DNA of 64,000 nt from Minisyncoccota bacterium. GTDB lineage: Bacteria; Patescibacteriota; Minisyncoccia; Minisyncoccales; Minisyncoccaceae. The DNA lies in assembly GCA_041651685.1 (NCBI GenBank), contig JBAZIU010000001.1:308414-372413 (forward strand), given 5' to 3'. Of the stretch, positions 9,519-15,851 are shown in pieces. Position 1 is the first letter of the stretch. Each line of letters begins with the position of its first letter. The position numbers and the translations under genes are program-made. The notes beneath the pieces were generated by a model. It was not told where the DNA came from, searched no databases, and saw only the letters and a list, made by a program, of their open reading frames with translations.

Positions 9519-10082
9519 TTACCACTTGGCTTTGTGCAACCCTAAGTTATACCCAACTCTATTGCATAAAATATGTATCAAAAATGTCAAGACAAAGAGA
9601 GTTATCCAGAATTCCAAAGAAAGGCGAACTAACGGCTGGATAAAGATAAATGCTCCGATGACGTAATTGGTTTGGTCAAAAGGGATGAAAGCAACTCCGG
9701 GCCTTAATCGCAATCTTCTTTTAAGAAAGGCGAAACCGATATCCCCTGCTATTATTCCGATTGATAACAGTAACCCCAAGGCCCAGCCGTTTATGCTATT
9801 AATGTCCAGCTCGATGGTTTGGTAGAACGAAAGATTATAATAGTTATGAATAAAGATGAATAACGGAGTCAAAAAAGTGCAAAGGATGATTTCACAAATC
9901 ACCCCCCTCCAAGTTTTGTGGCTGCCGAAAACAGGCATTCCGTTTATTGTCCTTCCCCCGTCAATAGGCTTATTCAAACCATTCAAAATATTAAAAGTGT
10001 TGGCTAAAGGAGGAGAAGCGTTGGCTAACAGCGCTGGCATGAAGAAATATATAACCGATAGTATATATAGGTAGTTAATCAC
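9519..10082 (-). CDS. CarS/DUF46-like CTP-dependent CDP-alcohol (CDP-archaeol synthase family) membrane enzyme
   Basis: 187 aa, GTG start; NKPIDGGRTINGMPVFGSHKTWRG, GDIGFAFLKRRLRLRPG, PFDQTNY and the C-terminal YNLGLHKAKW follow the CarS block order as I recall it. Confidence 0.6.
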   Translation of the reverse strand: MINYLYILSVIYFFMPALLANASPPLANTFNILNGLNKPIDGGRTINGMPVFGSHKTWRGVICEIILCTFLTPLFIFIHNYYNLSFYQTIELDINSINGWALGLLLSIGIIAGDIGFAFLKRRLRLRPGVAFIPFDQTNYVIGAFIFIQPLVRLSLEFWITLFVLTFLIHILCNRVGYNLGLHKAKW

Positions 10083-10436
10083 AAAATTTATTGAATGATA
10101 TATTCATTAATTAAATTATATAATAAAAGCCGAATATGTTCAACCGTTTTTATGATTTCCACCCCCTTGGTTTTTAGGATGTCTTTAATATATTATAAGA
10201 ATATAAATAGGTCCGAGTGTCAAGTGGTGGTGTGAATACGATCAGCATCAATTGACCAGATGATATATAGATATAGTTGTTTCGAAAAATTCGGCCAAGG
10301 CGGCATTCTCGAAACACCACTTCCCTATCCATACCCCTTAGTCTTTTGCAATCAAAAGGAATAAGATTAAGAAGTAATCTAATAATAAAGATTGCTAACA
10401 AGATATGTTAGTTCTATGTATCTAGACTAATAATAG

Positions 10437-10507
10437 TCGGGATGCCGGGATTTGAACCCGGATTACAGACTCCCGAAGCCTGCATAATGCCATTATATGA
10501 CATCCCG
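10437..10507 (-). tRNA. tRNA-Pro (anticodon CGG), compact 71 nt
   Basis: Acceptor CGGGATG/CATCCCG, anticodon stem CAGGC/GTCTG with loop TTCGGGA, 4-nt variable loop, T arm CCGGG-TTCAAAT-CCCGG, AT-only D stem. Confidence 0.8.
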
Positions 10508-10512
10508 ATATG

Positions 10513-10528
10513 TGTTTCACGTGAAACA
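10513..10528. promoter_or_regulatory. parS-consensus palindrome TGTTTCACGTGAAACA (site 1)
   Basis: Perfect 16-bp palindrome identical to the ParB/Spo0J parS consensus; begins 5 nt from the tRNA-Pro 5' end. Confidence 0.75.
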
Positions 10529-10539
10529 TTTACTAAACG

Positions 10540-10555
10540 TGTTTCACGCGAAACA
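10540..10555. promoter_or_regulatory. parS-like palindrome, one central mismatch (TGTTTCACGCGAAACA, site 2)
   Basis: 15/16 match to site 1. Confidence 0.6.
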
Positions 10556-10570
10556 TTTTAGAGGTTTTGA

Positions 10571-10664
10571 TTCTGGACACGATTCTGGACATTCTGGACA
10601 CGATTCTGGACAAACTGTGGATATTCTGGACAAATTGGGGACAATCTGGACACGATTCTGGACA
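10571..10664 (+). repeat. Iteron-like array: 6 perfect TTCTGGACA direct repeats plus 2 variants and one TGTGGATAT box
   Basis: Perfect copies start at 10571, 10583, 10592, 10604, 10624, 10656; variants TTGGGGACA (10635) and ATCTGGACA (10644); TGTGGATAT at 10616-10624 (8/9 to the DnaA box TGTGGATAA). Spacing 9-20 nt, all in the same orientation. Confidence 0.8.
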
Positions 10665-10668
10665 CGTG

Positions 10669-10739
10669 TGGACCTGATAAGAATCGGACTTATATTACTA
10701 CCGTGTGAAGGTAGCGTTCTACCATTGAACTACAGGTCC
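10669..10739 (-). tRNA. tRNA-Val (anticodon CAC), compact 71 nt
   Basis: Acceptor GGACCTG/CAGGTCC, D arm GTTC-AATGGTA-GAAC, anticodon stem CTACC/GGTAG with loop TTCACAC, 4-nt variable loop, AT-rich T arm ATAAG-TCCGATT-CTTAT. Confidence 0.8.
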
Positions 10740-10744
10740 GGGAA

Positions 10745-10760
10745 TGTTTCACGTGAAACA
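10745..10760. promoter_or_regulatory. parS-consensus palindrome (site 3)
   Basis: Perfect TGTTTCACGTGAAACA; begins 5 nt from the tRNA-Val 5' end; a half-site (ATATTTCAC) follows near 10767. Confidence 0.75.
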
Positions 10761-10850
10761 TTTAAGATATTTCACAGCGCATACTCTTCCCTACCTTGCT
10801 TCAGACTATGCGATTATATCTCTTTTTAAAATAATAATCAATCGTATGTG

Positions 10851-10921
10851 TGGACCCGATGAGAATTGAACTCATATCTCTGCAATGCGAATGCAGTATT
10901 CTACCGTTGGACTACGGGCCC
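10851..10921 (-). tRNA. tRNA-Ala (anticodon CGC), compact 71 nt
   Basis: Acceptor GGGCCCG/CGGGTCC with the G3:U70 alanine identity pair, anticodon stem CTGCA/TGCAG with loop TTCGCAT, T arm ATGAG-TTCAATT-CTCAT. Confidence 0.8.
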
Positions 10922-10926
10922 GAAGA

Positions 10927-10942
10927 TGTTTCACGTGAAACA
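10927..10942. promoter_or_regulatory. parS-consensus palindrome (site 4)
   Basis: Perfect TGTTTCACGTGAAACA; begins 5 nt from the tRNA-Ala 5' end. Confidence 0.75.
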
Positions 10943-10961
10943 TCTGGTAGGACATCCAAAA

Positions 10962-10977
10962 TGTTTCACGTGAAACA
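10962..10977. promoter_or_regulatory. parS-consensus palindrome (site 5)
   Basis: Perfect TGTTTCACGTGAAACA. Confidence 0.75.
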
Positions 10978-10988
10978 TTTGGAAGGAG

Positions 10989-11004
10989 TGTTTCACGTGA
11001 AACA
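10989..11004. promoter_or_regulatory. parS-consensus palindrome (site 6)
   Basis: Perfect TGTTTCACGTGAAACA, ending 1 nt before the cca stop codon (11006-11008). Confidence 0.75.
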
Positions 11005-11005
11005 C

Positions 11006-12499
11006 TTAGCTGACCCAGTACTTTTCTTTAGTCATTTGATCTTCCTTAATAATAACATTATTTCTCTCTTTCTTGGCTTTTTCAGCTAAATCTTCTAATT
11101 CCGCTTCACTCAGGCCACCCAATTCTAATAGTTTCTTCTTTAAATAGGTTTTAGTGTTGTTTTTAGGGTCCCTTAAGACATCTTCAAATAATACATCTAA
11201 TATCATGCCTACCTTGCGAGAAGGTTTAATATCCAATGTTTTCATTACCTCTTCGCCATTGATTTTAAGCATTTTGACGGAAATAGGGTCTTTAGACACC
11301 TTTTCAATCATATATTTGAAGTGCCTTAGTTTGTATGGTTCGGCTTTGGGGCACCCAGAGCCGATCCTGTCAGCCATCCTTAATTCCAGCAAATCTTCCA
11401 TGTTTTCGGCTCCGACGTTTCTGACCAGTCTTCGAACCGAAGCTTCTCCAACTTCGTCAACATTGTAGTAGAAGAGGTGATATCTGACTAAATTGACTAT
11501 CTTGTCCACATCTTTTTTGGGAAATCTCAATCGATTGAGTATTTTTTCGGCCATTTGAGCCCCAACCACCTCATGGTTATAGAAAGTGGCATCATTGCCT
11601 TCGCCTCTTTTAGTCTTCGGTTTTCCTATATCATGGAGCAGGGCAGCCATGCGAACTTCGAATTTATAAGCTTTATGACTTGCGAAATTGAGGCATTCTA
11701 AATTATGCTTGTAGCAATCATAGATATGATGCTTATTTTGGCCGACCTCATACCCTTCTTCCAATTCCGGTATTATATAGGCTAATAGCCCTTTATTTCG
11801 CAATGATTCTATTCCGGCAGCCGCATTTTCGCTATTAATGATCTTAATCAATTCATCCCGGATTCTTTCTTGGGATATTTTTTTCAATAATGGGGCATTA
11901 TCCTTAATAGCTTGCTTGGTTTTCTCTTCAATTATCCAATCATTACCCAGAGTAGTCTTTAATCTGACCGCCCTCATCATTCGCAGAGCATCTTCTTTAA
12001 ATCTTTCGTTCGGATCGCCCACAGCCCTGAGGATATGGTTCTCAAGGTCGTTTTTTCCATCAAATAAATCGATAATCTGCATCTCCGAGCCGTTTTTTAA
12101 GGATATTGCTATCGAATTGACGGTAAAATCACGCCTTTTCAAGTCTTCTTCGATGGTTTTTGACCAGGAAACCTTGTCCGGATGGCGACTATCAGAGTAA
12201 GTTGCTTCGTTTCTATAGGTAGTTATCTCAATCACGTCGAACTCGTCTTTCTTGATAGGAAAAGCGACTCCGACCGTTCCGAAGTCATTTTCATAGAAAG
12301 TTTTGATTTTCATCTTTTCAAAAATCTTTTGGGTTTCTTCGGGCAGGGCATTGGTGGCCACATCCCAGTCGGCCGGGATGGCGTCCCTCAAGAAATCTCT
12401 GGTGCATCCTCCGACAATATATGCCTCAAATCCGCTTTTTTGCAAAGCGTCTATACAGAATAAGACATTCTTGGGAATTGATTTCAAATCAATTTTCAT
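11006..12499 (-). CDS. cca: CCA-adding tRNA nucleotidyltransferase with HD domain
   Basis: 497 aa; AYIVGGCTRDFLRDAIPADWDVAT (PolyA_pol head), RMMRAVRL, LLHDIGKP (HD). Consistent with most tRNAs here lacking an encoded CCA. Confidence 0.9.
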   Translation of the reverse strand: MKIDLKSIPKNVLFCIDALQKSGFEAYIVGGCTRDFLRDAIPADWDVATNALPEETQKIFEKMKIKTFYENDFGTVGVAFPIKKDEFDVIEITTYRNEATYSDSRHPDKVSWSKTIEEDLKRRDFTVNSIAISLKNGSEMQIIDLFDGKNDLENHILRAVGDPNERFKEDALRMMRAVRLKTTLGNDWIIEEKTKQAIKDNAPLLKKISQERIRDELIKIINSENAAAGIESLRNKGLLAYIIPELEEGYEVGQNKHHIYDCYKHNLECLNFASHKAYKFEVRMAALLHDIGKPKTKRGEGNDATFYNHEVVGAQMAEKILNRLRFPKKDVDKIVNLVRYHLFYYNVDEVGEASVRRLVRNVGAENMEDLLELRMADRIGSGCPKAEPYKLRHFKYMIEKVSKDPISVKMLKINGEEVMKTLDIKPSRKVGMILDVLFEDVLRDPKNNTKTYLKKKLLELGGLSEAELEDLAEKAKKERNNVIIKEDQMTKEKYWVS

Positions 12500-12527
12500 G
12501 TTTCTATAATATAATATATTTCCTGAC

Positions 12528-12555
12528 TTGACAACTGGTTTTCTTTTGCTAAAAT
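12528..12555 (+). promoter_or_regulatory. Sigma70-type promoter candidate for nusA (TTGACA-16-TGcTAAAAT)
   Basis: TTGACA at 12528-12533, extended -10 TGCTAAAAT ending at 12555. Confidence 0.5.
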
Positions 12556-12583
12556 GGAATTAAGAATAAGCAGTTTTTTGATT

Positions 12584-12606
12584 GGTCGGATTGGTCCGAC
12601 CTTTTT
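12584..12606 (+). terminator. Intrinsic-terminator-like hairpin in the nusA leader
   Basis: GGTCGGA-ttgg-TCCGACC followed by TTTTT, located between the promoter candidate and the nusA ATG (12644). Confidence 0.5.
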
Positions 12607-12643
12607 AATAACAATTAAAGATAAATAATAAATAAAAAATAAT

Positions 12644-13903
12644 ATGGATTTTCAATCATTTTTATCAGCCATGACTCAGATTTCCGACGAGAAAGGACTG
12701 TCTCCGGAAAGAGTTTTAGACACGGTTGAGCATGCTTTGGCTTCGGCATACAAGAAAGAATACGGCAAGAAAGGTCAGGTTATCAGAGCCAAGATAAATC
12801 CCAAGACCGGCAAGGTTGATTTTTGGAGAGTCAGAGGCGTTGTTGATGACACCATGGTCTATATCCCGGAAAAAGTTGAAGTAGAAGGCGAAGAGGGGAC
12901 AGAACCAACAGAAGAAATCAAGGTTAAGGTTAAAGACAGTTACCGACCGACTGAAGCCGAATTAAACACTGAAGAAATTGAAAAAGAAGGGGAGGCTGCC
13001 GAGAGAAGAGTCAGATACAACCCGGAAAAGCATATGTTGATAGAAGAGGTTGAAGAAGAGGGATTGAAATTGAAAGCAGGCGAAGAGGAAGTCGTTACTT
13101 TGGAAAGCAGGGATGATTTTGGCAGAATTGCCGCACAAACAGCCAAACAAGTGGTTCTTCAGAAGATCAGGGAGGCTGAAAAAGAAACCGTTTTGGCCGA
13201 ATACAAGTCAAAAGAAGGAGAAATCGTCTCGGGAATCGTTCAAAGAATCGAAGGTTCCAACATTTACTTCGATATCGGCAAATCATTGGGAGTTTTGCCC
13301 AAAGAAGAGCAAATCAGAGGGGAGTTTTATAAGGAAGGACAGAGATTAAAATTGTATGTTTTACGTGTTGATACAACACCCAAGGGACCGATTATTCTCT
13401 TGTCCAGAAGCTATCCCAAGCTTATCTCCAAGCTATTCGAATTGGAAGTTCCGGAAATATCCGGCGAACAGGTAGAAATCAAAGCCATTGCCAGAGAGGC
13501 CGGGTCAAGAACCAAGATTGCCGTTGAATCATCAGCCGAAGGGGTTGATCCGATTGGAGCCATGGTCGGGCAGAGAGGAGTTAGGGTGGCCGCGGTCATG
13601 TCCGAACTGGGAGGAGAAAAGATTGATATTATCGAATATCATCCCGAACCGACCAAGTTCATTGCCAATGCTTTGTCTCCGGCTAAAATCATCGATGTTC
13701 TACCTCAAACCAAAAATACCGCCATCGTTGTTGTTCCCAAGGACCAGCTGTCTTTAGCCATCGGCAAAGACGGACAGAACGTCAGATTGGCTGCTAAATT
13801 AACCGGCTGGAAGATTGATGTTAAGAGCGAAGACCAGATTAATGAAATCAAAAAAGAGGAAGAGGAGTTGCATGTCGACGAAGAAGAATCAACTGAAAAA
13901 TAA
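12644..13903 (+). CDS. nusA: Transcription termination/antitermination factor NusA (with an acidic insertion)
   Basis: 419 aa; [23 protein letters not shown]1 and two KH blocks ([47 protein letters not shown]). Confidence 0.95.
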   Translation: MDFQSFLSAMTQISDEKGLSPERVLDTVEHALASAYKKEYGKKGQVIRAKINPKTGKVDFWRVRGVVDDTMVYIPEKVEVEGEEGTEPTEEIKVKVKDSYRPTEAELNTEEIEKEGEAAERRVRYNPEKHMLIEEVEEEGLKLKAGEEEVVTLESRDDFGRIAAQTAKQVVLQKIREAEKETVLAEYKSKEGEIVSGIVQRIEGSNIYFDIGKSLGVLPKEEQIRGEFYKEGQRLKLYVLRVDTTPKGPIILLSRSYPKLISKLFELEVPEISGEQVEIKAIAREAGSRTKIAVESSAEGVDPIGAMVGQRGVRVAAVMSELGGEKIDIIEYHPEPTKFIANALSPAKIIDVLPQTKNTAIVVVPKDQLSLAIGKDGQNVRLAAKLTGWKIDVKSEDQINEIKKEEEELHVDEEESTEK

Positions 13904-13906
13904 TCT

Positions 13907-15154
13907 ATGAAATACGAAATAAAAGAAATATCGGAAATTAAAAGAAAAGCCGAGGTTGAGGTAACCGCCGAAGAGTTCGACAATTACTACAATCAGGCTC
14001 TTTCCGAAATAACCAAGGGTGTGGAATTGCCCGGTTTCCGCAAAGGCAAAGCACCGGAAAAAATGGTGGAGGAAAAGATGAATCCGGCTTCTGTTTTGTC
14101 CGAAGCGGCTGAAGCGGCCATCAGAGATAATTGGATTAAGATTCTCAAGGAAACCAAGGCGGAAGCCGTGTCTCAACCGGAAGTGGAAATAGTTAAAATC
14201 GCTAAAGGAAATCCTTTTACTTTCAATGCCAATTTCGAAGTTTTGCCTGTAATCAAATTGCCCGATTTGAAAGCAATCGCCAAGAGTATCAAAAAGGAAG
14301 AAATCAAGGTTACCGACAAAGAAGTTGAAGATACTTTAAACTGGCTTCAGCAATCAAGAGCCAAGTTTTCTAACAAAGAAAGCGCTGCTGAAAAAACAGA
14401 CTTGGTTGAGTTTTCTTTTAATTGTTCGACCATCAAAGACGACCCGATAAAGAAAGACAGAATTGTTTTGGGCAAAGGCCATTATATCAGCGGAATGGAA
14501 GACGCTTTAATCGGCATGAAGAGGGGAGAGGAAAAGGATTTTGAAACCGAGAATCCCCAAGACAAAAAAGAAAAGATGACCATCCACATTAAAATTGATT
14601 CGGTCCAGAAAATGGAGTTGCCGGAAATCAATGATGAGTGGGTTAAAACCCTTGGCAATATTACCAGTGTCGAAGGATTAAAAGCCGATATTAAAAAAGG
14701 AATAATTCAGGAAAAAGAAATTGCCGAAAAGCAGAAACAGAGAGAGCAAGCTATAAAAGAAATATTGAAAGATGTCAAGTTTGAGGTTCCTCATATTTTA
14801 GTTGAAAGAGAGGCTGAAATGATGGTTGATAATGTAAAATCAAGGGTACAAACAGAAATCAATATGTCCTTTGAAGAATACCTTAATCAAATCAAGAAAA
14901 CCGAGGAAGATGTGAAGAAGGAATTCGAGAAGATTGCCGAAGAAAAGGTGAGGGGATTCTTAGTCTTGCATCAAATAGAGAAAGATGAGAAAATAGAGAT
15001 AACAGACAAGGAAATTGATGATAAGATAGAAGAAATAATTAGTCAGTATCCGGACAAGGAAAGCGCCAGAAAGAATATGGATATCGAGCATGTGAAAATG
15101 CACATTGAAGACGATATGAAAAGAGAAAAAATATTCCAAGTCCTCGGATGTTAA
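13907..15154 (+). CDS. tig: Trigger factor
   Basis: 415 aa; N-terminal [10 protein letters not shown] ribosome-binding motif, FKBP-like middle region; upstream of clpP as usual. Confidence 0.9.
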   Translation: MKYEIKEISEIKRKAEVEVTAEEFDNYYNQALSEITKGVELPGFRKGKAPEKMVEEKMNPASVLSEAAEAAIRDNWIKILKETKAEAVSQPEVEIVKIAKGNPFTFNANFEVLPVIKLPDLKAIAKSIKKEEIKVTDKEVEDTLNWLQQSRAKFSNKESAAEKTDLVEFSFNCSTIKDDPIKKDRIVLGKGHYISGMEDALIGMKRGEEKDFETENPQDKKEKMTIHIKIDSVQKMELPEINDEWVKTLGNITSVEGLKADIKKGIIQEKEIAEKQKQREQAIKEILKDVKFEVPHILVEREAEMMVDNVKSRVQTEINMSFEEYLNQIKKTEEDVKKEFEKIAEEKVRGFLVLHQIEKDEKIEITDKEIDDKIEEIISQYPDKESARKNMDIEHVKMHIEDDMKREKIFQVLGC

Positions 15155-15167
15155 ATAATATAAAAAT

Positions 15168-15752
15168 ATGCTGATTCCAACAGTTATTGAAAAAACACAA
15201 GCGGGGGAGAGGGCATACGATATTTATTCCCGCCTTTTGAAAGACAGAATTATTTTTTTGTCGGGCGTAGTTGATGATCATATCGCCAATACCATTGTCG
15301 CCCAGATGTTGTTCTTGGCTTCAAAGGACCCCAACAAGGATATCCAATTATATATCAACAGTCCCGGAGGTTCGGTTACCGCCGGTCTGGCTATCTACGA
15401 TACGATGCAATACATCAAACCCGATGTTTCCACGGTTTCAATCGGAATGTCGGCTTCGATGGGAGCAATGATTCTGGCGGCCGGAGCCAAAGGAAAAAGA
15501 TATGCTTTGCCCAACTCGGAAATCCTTCTCCATCAGGTGATGGGAGGAGCGAGAGGACAGGCTTCGGAAATAGAAATCACGGCCAAGCAGATATTAAGGA
15601 TAAAAGAAAACATCAACAAAATTTTATCCAAGCATACTAATCAGCCTTTAGCAAAAATAGCTAAAGACACAGATAGAGATTTCTATTTAACCGCCGACGA
15701 GGCAAAAGAATACGGAGTGATTGACGAAGTTATCTATCCTAAAAAAAACTAG
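15168..15752 (+). CDS. clpP: ATP-dependent Clp protease proteolytic subunit
   Basis: 194 aa; [41 protein letters not shown] (Ser-His-Asp triad context). Confidence 0.95.
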   Translation: MLIPTVIEKTQAGERAYDIYSRLLKDRIIFLSGVVDDHIANTIVAQMLFLASKDPNKDIQLYINSPGGSVTAGLAIYDTMQYIKPDVSTVSIGMSASMGAMILAAGAKGKRYALPNSEILLHQVMGGARGQASEIEITAKQILRIKENINKILSKHTNQPLAKIAKDTDRDFYLTADEAKEYGVIDEVIYPKKN

Positions 15753-15756
15753 AAGA

Positions 15757-15785
15757 CAAGCAGGCGAACGCCTGTTTGTTTTTTA
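15757..15785 (+). terminator. Rho-independent terminator after clpP
   Basis: CAAGCAGGC-gaac-GCCTGTTTG followed by a T-run. Confidence 0.7.
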
Positions 15786-15794
15786 ATATTTTTC

Positions 15795-15823
15795 TTGACT
15801 ATAGCTTATAAAATTGAGATAAT
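15795..15823 (+). promoter_or_regulatory. Sigma70-type promoter candidate (TTGACT-17-GATAAT) for the surface-protein operon
   Basis: TTGACT 15795-15800, 17-nt spacer, GATAAT 15818-15823. The same TTGACT-17-TAT-type pattern recurs at 34562 and 43332. Confidence 0.55.
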
Positions 15824-15851
15824 AAATTCAATAAAATCAACAAACATATTC

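Noticed and set aside
10083-10436. Possible structured ncRNA (RNase P RNA, SRP RNA, tmRNA, 6S) or the 75-aa ORF 10174-10401 in the gene-free spacer
   Set aside because: I found no hallmark motifs on either strand (no GAGGAAAGUCC-type P4, no GGAAGCAGC SRP domain IV, no tRNA-like tmRNA ends). There is only a weak 7-bp inverted repeat (10279-10285 / 10309-10315). The ORF has no RBS or recognisable family. The spacer is kept only as AT-rich context for the origin hypothesis.
10571-10664. Possible CRISPR array
   Set aside because: The units are only 9 nt, separated by 0-11 nt of non-unique sequence, with no spacer-like unique segments and no cas genes. This is an iteron/operator-type array, not a CRISPR.
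10497-11089. ORFs of 110 and 79 aa containing FHVKHL / VSRETF / GHDSGHSGHDSG peptides
   Set aside because: They are translations of tRNA genes, the parS palindromes and the TTCTGGACA repeats. They have no RBS, and the peptide repeats simply mirror the DNA repeats.
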